Assembly: GCA_018063165.1 (NCBI GenBank)
Contig: JAGOQU010000002.1
Location: 3,048 to 67,047 of the forward strand
DNA length: 64,000 nt
Source of the DNA: Minisyncoccota bacterium
GTDB lineage: Bacteria > Patescibacteriota > Minisyncoccia > Phycocordibacterales > UBA5272
Direction of reading: 5' to 3'
Shown here piece after piece: positions 10,872-20,904 of this stretch. Each line of letters begins with the position of its first letter. Position 1 is the stretch's first letter. A program made the translations under genes and the position numbers. The notes beneath the pieces are model-generated. The model was not told the DNA's origin. It was given only the letters and a program-made list of their open reading frames with translations, and did no database searches.

Positions 10872-12563
10872 ATGAAAAAAACTTTTTTTGTTATCTTATC
10901 AATATACATTTCAGTAATTTCTTTGCACAATACAACATATGCAGCTAACCAGGTAGCAGGAGCTCTAGAACCTACTCAAATAATGAACAATGTTGAACTT
11001 GGTATTATTGATTTTGCTACTGTTGACCAACTTATACAAGACACACTCCTTACCCGCAAAACAGTTATTTTAGATGTAATAGAAGCTGGGCTTATATCTT
11101 ATGCACAACAAACAGCTATTGAAGAGATTGTAGCGTGGGCTAATGGTGGTTTCAATGAGAGTGACTCACTTATTGTTTCTAATCCTGAAAAATACATATT
11201 AGGAGAAGGTAGAAAGATAGTCATGAAAAACTTACAAGATATCCCTACTGGCACAGCATTTGGTGATAGTATTTTTAGTGCTATTTTAAATAATTCAAAA
11301 GAAGTGAGCACAGCTAGTCAATTAAAAGAACTTAGTAATTCTCCTTATTTAGCAACACTACAAAAAAATACATGTGATGGTGATACTATTCTAGATATGG
11401 CTCAAAAAGCGGCAGAGTCTGAAGGAGGGTCAGAAGAGGAGATACGTGCAAACTATGACGAGTTTCATGCTAATTATTTTGACTCTTTTTGTAACAATAA
11501 TCCAAACGAAGACCCTAGCACAGCATCTAATCTAGAAGAACTTGCCAAGTATGACTCTTCTGTTTCCGGTTGGGATGGTTGGCTTATTTCAATAAACGAC
11601 AACAAATTCACACGAACACAAGAAGCTTTAAAAATAGTAGAAAACGACAAACAAAAAAAAGAGACATTCGCTACAAAAGAATTATATGATGGCCTAGGTA
11701 CACTTAGTCAAAAAGGGTGTGCAGATGATGTGACCGATATGGCTGAATGTCTTAACCCTATTATTCTTAATCCAGGAAAAGTAGTGCAAGATACTCTTTC
11801 TGCGGCAGCAAATGCACAATTAGAAAGAATTAGTAACTTAACTGGTGCAGATGGTATAGCTGCTCTTATTACAGAATTTATAACAAGCTCCCTAAAAGAA
11901 GGTCTCAATAAAACAATACAAAACAACTTACACTCATCAAATGATGAAGAGACAATAGGTTCTACAGCTCCTCCTACACAAGATTTTTTGAATAACACAG
12001 AAAAGAAAGAACAGATCACTGCACCTATATTAAAACAACTAAATTTTATACTAACAGTACTTACTGATTTAGAAAAAATAGATAATGATTTTTTATCTAG
12101 TATGATTAGTTATGAAAATCGTATACAAGACGGAAGAACTTGCTTCAACACACTTGTTATTGATTATCCATTATTAGCCAATACTACTGATGTTGTTAAT
12201 GCATACGCTTTTTATACAGAAAGACAAGGGAGGGTGGACACTGTCCGAACAGAGGCAACTAATGAAAAAATAAAAATAGGAGAAGCGAGAAGTCTTGTAA
12301 CAGAAACCCAACTAAAAATAGCGTCAACAAACTCATCCCAAGAATTAACCAATATATATAAAGAATACTCTAATGCCTATGAAGATGGAGGATATCCAAC
12401 AAATCAAATCTTAGCAAGAAGAAAAGGTGACTATCAGCAAGCTCAATCAAATGTAAGATTAGATACAGCAACATCACCTTCAGAAGGGGACATGATATTA
12501 CACGAAAAAAAGTGTAAATCATTACGATCTTCTCAGGAGCAAGGTAATGGGGGTAGTAGATAA
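10872..12563 (+). CDS. Secreted protein with signal peptide, unknown function (T4SS-cluster associated)
   Basis: Start chosen at 'MKKTFFVILSIYISVISLHNTTYAANQ' (signal peptide); the six-frame ORF extends upstream to 10800. Confidence 0.45.
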   Translation: MKKTFFVILSIYISVISLHNTTYAANQVAGALEPTQIMNNVELGIIDFATVDQLIQDTLLTRKTVILDVIEAGLISYAQQTAIEEIVAWANGGFNESDSLIVSNPEKYILGEGRKIVMKNLQDIPTGTAFGDSIFSAILNNSKEVSTASQLKELSNSPYLATLQKNTCDGDTILDMAQKAAESEGGSEEEIRANYDEFHANYFDSFCNNNPNEDPSTASNLEELAKYDSSVSGWDGWLISINDNKFTRTQEALKIVENDKQKKETFATKELYDGLGTLSQKGCADDVTDMAECLNPIILNPGKVVQDTLSAAANAQLERISNLTGADGIAALITEFITSSLKEGLNKTIQNNLHSSNDEETIGSTAPPTQDFLNNTEKKEQITAPILKQLNFILTVLTDLEKIDNDFLSSMISYENRIQDGRTCFNTLVIDYPLLANTTDVVNAYAFYTERQGRVDTVRTEATNEKIKIGEARSLVTETQLKIASTNSSQELTNIYKEYSNAYEDGGYPTNQILARRKGDYQQAQSNVRLDTATSPSEGDMILHEKKCKSLRSSQEQGNGGSR

Positions 12564-12629
12564 ATAACAACTTTTATAATTTCTTATATTCCCACTTCAT
12601 TCTTGTCTTAGTCGTGATACACTAAGAAC

Positions 12630-15188
12630 ATGAAACATACGTGGTTTTTTGGTACCCAAGTATCTATAGTAAAGTCTATCGCTTCACTAATATTCTTTTG
12701 TAGTATTATTGTTGGTTTTTTGTCTCCTGTTAAAACATCAGCTCAAACATATACAGATGGTCAACTTATATATTTAAAAGCTTATGTTGAATGTGCTAAT
12801 AGACTTGGTCCAAAATTAGCTGATCCAGCTCACGCAAATGATGATGATGTTAAACGATGTAAAATGAATCAACAGAGTGCAGGTGGGAATACCACAGCAA
12901 CAACAGACGAACTAAGAGCTGTTATTAACCAAGCTTTAACTAACGGAGATGCTGCACGCGATGAGGCAAGAAAAGTACAACAAAACGCAAGTAAATGTTC
13001 TAATATAATAACAACTTTTACAGAATGTATTGATGCTGGTTTTGCTTGGATTGTCAAACATACCTTACTTGCAATAGCAGGATGGTTACTATGGCTCACA
13101 GGAACCATGATGAACTATGCTATTGATATAGGTATACTTCAATTTTCTAAATGGGCACCTGACGCACTCTATCCTATATGGATAATTATACGTCAAATAG
13201 TTTCTCTATTTGTTGTCTTTGCAGGACTTTTTCTTGGTTTCATGTATATCATTAATAAAGGAGATGAATTCAAAAAATATATTCCTTGGGTTGTTATTTT
13301 TGCTCTTTTTGTCAATTTTTCATACCCTATTACACGTGCACTTATAGATGTATCTAATGTTATATCTTTAAATATTTATACTAGTGCTGTAGGGTCAAAC
13401 GCTCTTACTGGAAGCACTTCAATAACAGGAGAACAAACTCCTGGCGCTATCATAAGAAATAAACTAGGTCTTCAAGGTCTAGTTGATTATGCTATTAACG
13501 GTGCAAAAGAAGGCGAAGGTGTTTTAAATAAAATAGACAACACACCTTCAGCGCTTCTTGCTGTTATTTTTATTGCGTATGCTGCATGGATATTTTTTAA
13601 AGTTACCATGCTTCTTGTATCAAGAACAGCTGTACTAGTCTTCCTTATTATTGCTTCTCCTGTACTACTTGTTGATACTGTTATACCGAAACTAGGCCCA
13701 ACAGCAGCAAAACTACGTGAAATGTTCTTTCAGCAACTTTTCCTTGGACCTATTTTTACTATTATGCTTGCTATAACACTCAAATTTCTTGATGTATTTA
13801 AATCATCAGGGGCTCTTGGTGGTAGTGCGACTTTGGATACTATGTCATCTGGAACAGGATCGTCTACTATTGTAATGTTCTTCAATCTCCTAATGATGCT
13901 TGTCATGCTCAAAATAATGATAAATGTAACAGAATCAACGTCAGGAAGTGTAGGGAAGGCAATTTCTGGCGCTGTAGGCACAGTTGGGGGCTTTGCTCTT
14001 GGTGCTGCAACAGGAGGAGCTGGTCTTATAGGTCGCGCAACCATAGGAAGAGCTGCTGCAAAACTAGGGGGTAGCAAGTGGATGCAAAATAGACAAGGTG
14101 GTTTCGTAGGAAGACAGCTTGCAAATATGACAGACTCTGTTGCAAAGAGTAGTTTTGATGGACGTAATTCAAGTATAGTCCAAAGTGGAGCAAAAAGAAT
14201 GGGGCTTAGTTTAGGAATGGGAAGCAAGATGAACTATGAAATGATGCAAGAAAACAGAGCAAAAAATCTAAAAGCACATCTTGAACGAACAGGGACATAC
14301 CAACGAGACACCAAAGATGAGAACGGAATACTACGAAGAAAAGGAGATGTAGACAATAGTACAGAGTCTATAGAAGCACGTAAAAGAATTATAGAAAATT
14401 CTGGTGGTTCAAAATTCTTGTCATCAGAAGCAAATAAAGAGGCTTTAAAAAGAGACTTAGAGAAAGCTAATGTACAGTTAAGCAGGTCACAAGATGAAAA
14501 AATTGTTACGGACATAAATAATATGTCTACAGAAAACAGAGATGCTTTTGAAAAAAATATTTCTAAATATACATCTGATCCAACAATTACATCAGAGATG
14601 AAAGCTAAAATACAAAAAGCCAGAATAAATAAAATTGTTACTGATTATAAAAAACTAGAAAGAGAAGTTGATAAAGATGCATTCAGAAGAATGTATGGAT
14701 CAGAACCTTCTGATGCTGATGTTAAAGATAAGCTAGATGGTGCAGATGTTTCAAAAGCTGAAGAAACCTACAACAGTTTTGATTTGAATACAGAAAAAGG
14801 GAAAGCTGATAAAAGAGCATTTGTTGAAAAATCTACTCAGGGAGGGGTGGATGCTAATATACGCGTAAAAATAATTAACCTTGAATCTGAAAATGCTCTC
14901 AAAAAATATAAAGAAGCTGGCGGAGACAAAACATCAGCTGGAGAAAAAATATTCACTGAAGCTACTTCTGATGTCAGAGCAAAAATTACTGAATACAATA
15001 ATAATATACTAGAACAAAAAGCTAATCAACGTAACGAGAAAAAAGTTATCAACAAAGATTTGGCTGAGGCGATTGTTACTGAATTACAAAAAAATAAACA
15101 AGACCAAACACAACAAGGAGACCAAGAAGAAGAAAAAACATCTAGCAGCGCTAAAGAAAAAGAATTTAGCTGGGACTCTTTTGTATAA
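12630..15188 (+). CDS. VirB6/TrbL/ConG-like large polytopic T4SS channel protein (852 aa)
   Basis: Signal peptide, then 6 or more hydrophobic helices, a Gly-rich segment (GAVGTVGGFALGAATGGAGLIGRATIGRAAAKLGG), and a charged coiled-coil-like C-terminus. The size and architecture are those of ICEBs1 ConG / VirB6, inferred from architecture only. Confidence 0.5.
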   Translation: MKHTWFFGTQVSIVKSIASLIFFCSIIVGFLSPVKTSAQTYTDGQLIYLKAYVECANRLGPKLADPAHANDDDVKRCKMNQQSAGGNTTATTDELRAVINQALTNGDAARDEARKVQQNASKCSNIITTFTECIDAGFAWIVKHTLLAIAGWLLWLTGTMMNYAIDIGILQFSKWAPDALYPIWIIIRQIVSLFVVFAGLFLGFMYIINKGDEFKKYIPWVVIFALFVNFSYPITRALIDVSNVISLNIYTSAVGSNALTGSTSITGEQTPGAIIRNKLGLQGLVDYAINGAKEGEGVLNKIDNTPSALLAVIFIAYAAWIFFKVTMLLVSRTAVLVFLIIASPVLLVDTVIPKLGPTAAKLREMFFQQLFLGPIFTIMLAITLKFLDVFKSSGALGGSATLDTMSSGTGSSTIVMFFNLLMMLVMLKIMINVTESTSGSVGKAISGAVGTVGGFALGAATGGAGLIGRATIGRAAAKLGGSKWMQNRQGGFVGRQLANMTDSVAKSSFDGRNSSIVQSGAKRMGLSLGMGSKMNYEMMQENRAKNLKAHLERTGTYQRDTKDENGILRRKGDVDNSTESIEARKRIIENSGGSKFLSSEANKEALKRDLEKANVQLSRSQDEKIVTDINNMSTENRDAFEKNISKYTSDPTITSEMKAKIQKARINKIVTDYKKLEREVDKDAFRRMYGSEPSDADVKDKLDGADVSKAEETYNSFDLNTEKGKADKRAFVEKSTQGGVDANIRVKIINLESENALKKYKEAGGDKTSAGEKIFTEATSDVRAKITEYNNNILEQKANQRNEKKVINKDLAEAIVTELQKNKQDQTQQGDQEEEKTSSSAKEKEFSWDSFV

Positions 15189-15200
15189 TAGAAGACATAT

Positions 15201-15944
15201 ATGAACCCAACATATCTCGCACAAAACAGAAAAGAACTCTTCGAATCTTCACCTGAAGGTATAAAAAAACTTATTAAAGGTGGGGAATTACAAAAAACAG
15301 CTACATTTCTTGGAGAAAAACATAAACTTCCTATTGGTATGTATGGAAGACTTTCAAATATTATTTCTTTTGTTCTTGTAGGTGCATTACCAACAGAGTA
15401 TGTAGTAACCGCTCTTACAGATGCTATTTCTCTTACAGAAGAAGAGGCGACAGCACTAGCACAAGACCTAGAAACAGGAATATTTGAAAAGGCGAGAATG
15501 ATTACACTAGGAAAAGAAGTTAAAGAAACAACAACACTTGAATTCAAAGGACCACGTTCTCCTGATGAACTAAGAAAAGAAATAATGGATACCACTAAAC
15601 GTGAATCAGCTCTTGTTATACCTCAAACATCCGGTATTCCAAAGAAACCAACAGCAGTAACACCAGGGTCACGATCTCAACTTCTTGAACAATTGCAAAT
15701 TTTAAGTTCTATTCCAAACGATGAAGAGGTAACAGATAGACTAAAAAAAATACAAGAACAAATCAATTCAATAAAAAAAGTTGAGGAAGATAATTCTCTA
15801 CAATCAAATATAGCGCTTAAAAGTTTTATGTTTGGGGACAAAGGAAAAGAAACTGTTCCGGCTATAAAAAAAACAGCTACATATAGTGTTGCTCCTACGA
15901 GATACAACCTTGATCCTTACAGAGAAGTTCCAGAAGAAGAATAG
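15201..15944 (+). CDS. Hypothetical protein (247 aa) within the T4SS-like cluster
   Basis: ORF between the ConG-like and PrgI-like genes; one hydrophobic segment. Confidence 0.4.
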   Translation: MNPTYLAQNRKELFESSPEGIKKLIKGGELQKTATFLGEKHKLPIGMYGRLSNIISFVLVGALPTEYVVTALTDAISLTEEEATALAQDLETGIFEKARMITLGKEVKETTTLEFKGPRSPDELRKEIMDTTKRESALVIPQTSGIPKKPTAVTPGSRSQLLEQLQILSSIPNDEEVTDRLKKIQEQINSIKKVEEDNSLQSNIALKSFMFGDKGKETVPAIKKTATYSVAPTRYNLDPYREVPEEE

Positions 15945-16004
15945 TGTTTTTAAGTTACATTTTCTCTCTATACGTACAAAGAAAGTATCTGCTATACTAT
16001 CTAT

Positions 16005-16439
16005 ATGCAATTTCGAGTACCACAATTTATTGACATGGAAGATAAAATTATTGGACCTCTTACACTTAAACAGTTTGGTTATGTTGTAGGAGCAGGTGGT
16101 GTATCTTTTATTATATGGACTTTTATTCCTATTAAAATACTTGCCATTCTTCTTATTATTCCTATAGCAGGACTTTTTCTTGCTCTTGCTTTCGTTAAAC
16201 ACAACAATAGATCTTTTGGAGAATTTCTTGAAAACGCTTTTGCTTACTACACAAATCCAAAAGTATATACATGGAAACAACCAACACCAGAAGTAAATAC
16301 AAATGAAGCAAATATAGACAAAATAGTTTCTGACACGACAAAACAAATGATTATTTCAAAAACAGACAGAGACAGAATACATGATCTTTCTCTTGGCCTT
16401 GATGTACTTGATAACAATATTCCAAAAGAAGAAAAATAA
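16005..16439 (+). CDS. PrgI/ConD/VirB3-like small membrane protein
   Basis: 144 aa with two adjacent TM helices ('GYVVGAGGVSFIIWTFIPIKILAILLIIPIAGLFLALAFV'), immediately upstream of the VirB4-like ATPase as in Gram-positive conjugation loci. Confidence 0.5.
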   Translation: MQFRVPQFIDMEDKIIGPLTLKQFGYVVGAGGVSFIIWTFIPIKILAILLIIPIAGLFLALAFVKHNNRSFGEFLENAFAYYTNPKVYTWKQPTPEVNTNEANIDKIVSDTTKQMIISKTDRDRIHDLSLGLDVLDNNIPKEEK

Positions 16440-16520
16440 ATACACGCACTTCTAATCTATAACTATCAATAAACACTTTTCACCATTGGAGATACACATT
16501 TCTGTTGTATACTGAGCTAT

Positions 16521-17156
16521 ATGGCAAAAGGTATAGCAACTCAAGAATTCGTACCAATAGAAAGAGTAAGGGATGGTATTATCACTTTAAAAACAGGTGA
16601 GCTTCGTGCCGTTCTCATCACCAATTCTCTTAATCTTGCTCTTAAAAGTGAAGACGAGCAACAAGCTATACTTCTTCAGTTTCAAACATTTCTTAACTCA
16701 CTTGATTTTAATATAGAATTTTTTGTTGAATCAAGAAGACTTAATATCAAACCTTATATTGATATCCTTCAAGCAAGAAGTAAAGAAATAAAAGAAGATC
16801 TTCTAAAAATACAAATACATGAGTACATTGGTTTTATTACCAAATTCACAGAAGAAAGTAACATCATGACAAAACATTTCTTTATTACTATTCCGTATTT
16901 TCAATCAGAACAAACGTCTTCAAATGCTTCATTGTTACCTTTTGGTTCATCTTCGTCTAGTAAAAAAAATGAAGAAACAAATTTTGAAGCATCACGTATA
17001 CAATTAGAGCAAAGAATTTCTACTGTTGTTATGGGGCTTGCACGTTTCGGTCTTCGTGCTCAAAAATTAGGAACAGAAGAAGTTGTTGAACTTTTTTATA
17101 AATTATTTAATCCGAGTGAGCAAAATAGAAAAGCTCCACCAATAACACAACAATAA
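16521..17156 (+). CDS. VirB4/ConE-like ATPase, N-terminal fragment (211 aa), separated from the rest by a stop plus frame change
   Basis: 'VPIERVRDGIITLKTGELRAVLITNSLNLALKSEDEQQAILLQFQTFLNSLDFNIEF' matches the conserved N-terminal segment of Gram-positive VirB4 proteins (Tn916 Orf16/ConE type). Confidence 0.55.
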   Translation: MAKGIATQEFVPIERVRDGIITLKTGELRAVLITNSLNLALKSEDEQQAILLQFQTFLNSLDFNIEFFVESRRLNIKPYIDILQARSKEIKEDLLKIQIHEYIGFITKFTEESNIMTKHFFITIPYFQSEQTSSNASLLPFGSSSSSKKNEETNFEASRIQLEQRISTVVMGLARFGLRAQKLGTEEVVELFYKLFNPSEQNRKAPPITQQ

Positions 17157-17160
17157 CATT

Positions 17161-18984
17161 ATGGGAATTTTTGATTTTTTAAACGCCAACAAAAAAACAG
17201 ATAAACCTGTTGTTTCTCCTGTATTACCAGAACAGGTATATAAAATTGCAGAAATGCAACTAAAAGATGTTATAGCTCCAAGTGCTCTTGGTATCACTTC
17301 AAACGGTCTTAATCTTGGTACAGTTGTTGTTCGTTCTTATTTTGTTATATCATATCCACGTTATCTTACAGACAATTGGCTTTCTCCTATTATTAACCTT
17401 GATAAAGTTTTTAATGTTTCAATACACGTATCTCCACTTAACACCAGTGACGTCATGAAAACGTTTCAAAGAAAAGTTGCAGAAGTTGAAAGTCAGATTA
17501 TTACACGAGAAGAAGAGGGGAAAGTAAGAGACCCTGCTCTTGATGTAGCTTTTGAAGATCTTGAAGATCTTCGTGATGGTCTTATTCAGGCTCAAGAAAA
17601 AATGTTTGAAGTGTCTCTTTATATTTCTTTGTATGGAGAAAATGAAGAGGAGTTAGATAAAGTGGAAAATGAAATGAAAAACATACTTGAAAGTCGTCTT
17701 GTATATATCAAACCAGCTACATATCAACAAGATGTAGGTTTTCTTTCTACACTTCCATTAGGACAAGACAAGCTTGCAATAAAAAATAAAATAAACACAT
17801 CTCCTCTTTCTTCATTTTTCCCTTTTGTTTCTTCTGACCTTTCTTCAGATAAAGGTATTTTATATGGTCTTAATAGACATAACGGTAGTCTTATTCTATT
17901 TGATCGTTTTTCTTTAGAGAATTACAACTCTATCGTGTTTGCAAAATCTGGCTCTGGAAAAAGTTATTTAACAAAATTAGAAATACTACGAACACTCATG
18001 TTCGATACGGAGGTGATCATTATAGATCCAGAACGAGAATATGAATTCCTTGCAGAATCTGTAGGTGGTAGATATTTTGATATTTCTCTTACAAGTGATC
18101 ATCATATTAATCCTTTTGATCTTCCTAATCCAACTGCTGACGAATCTCCTTCTGAAGTTCTTCGTTCAAATATAGTTAATTTAGTTGGACTTTTTCGTGT
18201 TATGCTTGGAGGCCTTAGTCCAGAAGAAGATGCTATCGTTGACCAAGCTATCACCGAAACATATGCACTTAAAGATATAAATGGTGATTCTGATTTTACA
18301 AAACTAGAACCACCACTTCTTTCTGATTTTGAAATGGTATTAGGTGGTATAGATGGATCAGAAGATTTAATACAAAGACTTTCAAAATATACAAGGGGGA
18401 CATGGTCTGGTTTTATCAACAAACCTTCTAATGTTGATATCAATAAAAAACTCGTATGTTTTTCTATACGTGACATGGAAGATGAATTAAAAGCAGTGGC
18501 AATGTATATCATTACTCACTACATTTGGAATTCTGTACGTAAAAATATTAAAAAAAGACTTCTTGTTGTTGATGAAGCATGGATAATGATGAAAAACGAC
18601 GACACTGCATCGTTCTTATTTGGTCTTGCAAAACGTGGAAGAAAATACTATTTAGGTCTTGCTACTATTACGCAAGATGTTGGTGACTTCCTAAAATCAC
18701 CATATGGTCTACCTATTATTACGAACTCATCCATACAAATGCTTTTGAAGCAATCTCCTTCGTCTATCGATGTTATACAAAAAACATTCAACTTAACAGA
18801 TGAAGAGAAGTTTTTACTTCTTGAATCTGGTGTAGGTGAGGGGATATTCTTTGCAGGACTTAAACACGTAGCCATAAAAGTGGTTGCTTCATACACAGAA
18901 GATCAAATCATCACAAGTGACCCGTCTCAGCTTCTCAAAATAAAACAAATGAAGGATGAATTAGCAGAATCAAAAGGTTTATGA
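17161..18984 (+). CDS. VirB4/ConE/TraC-family T4SS ATPase, ATPase portion (607 aa)
   Basis: Walker A 'FAKSGSGKSYL', Walker B 'LLVVDEAWIMM', 'LATITQDV' motif; stop TGA overlaps the next gene's ATG. Confidence 0.8.
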   Translation: MGIFDFLNANKKTDKPVVSPVLPEQVYKIAEMQLKDVIAPSALGITSNGLNLGTVVVRSYFVISYPRYLTDNWLSPIINLDKVFNVSIHVSPLNTSDVMKTFQRKVAEVESQIITREEEGKVRDPALDVAFEDLEDLRDGLIQAQEKMFEVSLYISLYGENEEELDKVENEMKNILESRLVYIKPATYQQDVGFLSTLPLGQDKLAIKNKINTSPLSSFFPFVSSDLSSDKGILYGLNRHNGSLILFDRFSLENYNSIVFAKSGSGKSYLTKLEILRTLMFDTEVIIIDPEREYEFLAESVGGRYFDISLTSDHHINPFDLPNPTADESPSEVLRSNIVNLVGLFRVMLGGLSPEEDAIVDQAITETYALKDINGDSDFTKLEPPLLSDFEMVLGGIDGSEDLIQRLSKYTRGTWSGFINKPSNVDINKKLVCFSIRDMEDELKAVAMYIITHYIWNSVRKNIKKRLLVVDEAWIMMKNDDTASFLFGLAKRGRKYYLGLATITQDVGDFLKSPYGLPIITNSSIQMLLKQSPSSIDVIQKTFNLTDEEKFLLLESGVGEGIFFAGLKHVAIKVVASYTEDQIITSDPSQLLKIKQMKDELAESKGL

Positions 18985-19961
18985 AAATTTTTACACAAAA
19001 AATATATATTCTTTTTTCTCTACTATATGCTATATTCACAATTCATACTGCATATGCAGAACCTCAGGTAAGTTTAAGTCTTATCCCTAAAAACCCCGTA
19101 CCGTATTCTCCTCTTCTTTTACGTGTTTCAAGTTATTCTTTTGACGTAAATACTGCGATGATAACATGGAAATCGAATAATCAAATACTTGAATCAGGGT
19201 TGGGAAAAACTGAATTCACCTTACAAACAGGTGGAGTAGGGGAAGAATCTATTATCAATGTTGTTGTAGAAACAAAAACAGGAATTAGGGTAGAAAAAAG
19301 AATAAAAATTATCCCTGAATCTGTATCTCTTATATACGAAACACCAGAAAGTTATACCCCTCTTTTTTATGAAGGTCTTTCTTTACCAGGAGAACAAGCT
19401 ACTATTCGATTTACAGCATTGCCGTATATGAGTGATGGGGGATCAATCATATCACCAGAAAAAATATCTTTTTCGTGGTATGTAAATGATACTTTAGTTA
19501 AAAAAAATTCTGGTATAAGTAAACAATCTGCAATGATTCCTCTTGATATGTTAACTGAATATACTTCTGTAAAAGTAGTAGCTCGTTCAGAAAATGGTTC
19601 AGTTGCAGAAAAAACAATAAAAATATACCCACACAAAATAACACCACTTTTTTATACCCATGACGAAATACTAGGTACCGCTTATAATCAAGCATATACA
19701 AAACGACTCCAAACAACTAAAGATTTTACTATTTCTTTTGAACCATATTATCTTTCTAGTAAAAACAATACTTCTTATGATGTGGTAACTGTTTGGACAA
19801 TGGATGGTCTTCCTATTACACCACTTGGAGGAAGATTATTATCAATGAAACCAAAAGAAAATAGTTACGGATCAAAAACCCTCTCTGTTACTGTTTCAAA
19901 TACAAAAAAACGTCTACAAAAAGTAACATCGAGTATCGCTCTTATTTTTGATACTCGCTGA
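18981..19961 (+). CDS. Secreted protein with signal peptide, unknown function
   Basis: 'MKIFTQKIYILFSLLYAIFTIHTAYAEPQ' signal peptide; translationally coupled to the VirB4 gene. Confidence 0.45.
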   Translation: MKIFTQKIYILFSLLYAIFTIHTAYAEPQVSLSLIPKNPVPYSPLLLRVSSYSFDVNTAMITWKSNNQILESGLGKTEFTLQTGGVGEESIINVVVETKTGIRVEKRIKIIPESVSLIYETPESYTPLFYEGLSLPGEQATIRFTALPYMSDGGSIISPEKISFSWYVNDTLVKKNSGISKQSAMIPLDMLTEYTSVKVVARSENGSVAEKTIKIYPHKITPLFYTHDEILGTAYNQAYTKRLQTTKDFTISFEPYYLSSKNNTSYDVVTVWTMDGLPITPLGGRLLSMKPKENSYGSKTLSVTVSNTKKRLQKVTSSIALIFDTR

Positions 19962-19992
19962 GTATCTATTATTTGATATACTCTTTAGTATA

Positions 19993-20841
19993 ATGGCTCA
20001 ACCAATATCATACACAGCATTAGAAAGTGATTTTATACGATCAGTTGGAGCTGAAGCACCAACATTCTCAGATGGAACATCTCCAAGTTTTTTTACATCA
20101 TCATCTTTTTTATACGCACTCTTTTTTGTTGTTATTGTTGTAGCTGCATCATATAGATATGCACTTGCTGGTATGCTTCGTATACAAGCTACAGAAGAGG
20201 GGATACGAAAATCAAAAGAAGAGTTTACAAGAGTTACTTATGGATTACTTGGTGTATTTGGTTTATGGCTTATTTTAGCTACTGTTAATAAAGACATGCT
20301 TACTGGTGATGTTGGTCTTGGTGCTTTAAAGAGTACTATAACAAGTGCTGGTGGAGGGTATATTCCGGGGCAGACGCCGGTGACACCACCTGTTACACCA
20401 CCAAATGATCCAGAAACACCTACCGATTCAGAAAACATAAATAGAGTAAGATTAGTTACTGTTGGTATAACTGTTAATAAACCAGCTTGTGTTGGAGCAA
20501 ATACAAGTTGTACAAACCTGGCCAGAATAGATGAATCTATTCTGGTAATGCTTGAAAAATTAGCAAAAGAATGTTCTTCTTGTAAAGGAGAATTAATGGT
20601 AACAGGAGGTACAGAACCTGGACACAGCGCAACATCTAATCATACAAAAGGTAAAGCTGTTGATCTTAGTTTTAAAGAATCTCTTCTAACTTTTCTTAAA
20701 AAGAATGGAGAAAATGTTGGTAATAACACTCGATGTAATACAAAATATAAATGGGGTGGATATGTATTTTGGGATGAAGAACAAGGGTGTGATAGTGTTG
20801 GTGGTGTAAGACATTTTCATATATCTCTTACAGGAAGATAA
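19993..20841 (+). CDS. Membrane-anchored peptidoglycan hydrolase: two-TM module + Pro/Thr linker + M15 (VanY-like) peptidase domain
   Basis: Start taken at 'MAQPISY' (six-frame ORF begins at 19948); TM helices 'FLYALFFVVIVVAASY' and 'TYGLLGVFGLWLILATV'; M15 motifs 'SNHTKGKAVDLS' (SxHxxGxAxD) and C-terminal 'VRHFHIS'. Confidence 0.55.
   Translation: MAQPISYTALESDFIRSVGAEAPTFSDGTSPSFFTSSSFLYALFFVVIVVAASYRYALAGMLRIQATEEGIRKSKEEFTRVTYGLLGVFGLWLILATVNKDMLTGDVGLGALKSTITSAGGGYIPGQTPVTPPVTPPNDPETPTDSENINRVRLVTVGITVNKPACVGANTSCTNLARIDESILVMLEKLAKECSSCKGELMVTGGTEPGHSATSNHTKGKAVDLSFKESLLTFLKKNGENVGNNTRCNTKYKWGGYVFWDEEQGCDSVGGVRHFHISLTGR
20088..20388 (+). repeat. Copy 1 of a ~300-bp near-identical (~98%) direct repeat encoding the shared membrane module
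   Basis: Aligned by eye to 22279..22578; only a few substitutions (e.g. tatacgcac/tatatgcac, gttattgtt/gttatcgtt). Confidence 0.85.
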
Positions 20842-20904
20842 TTTATAGAAATAATAATCTTAATACAATATATTCTATAAAATATCTCTGCTATACTATA
20901 CTAT

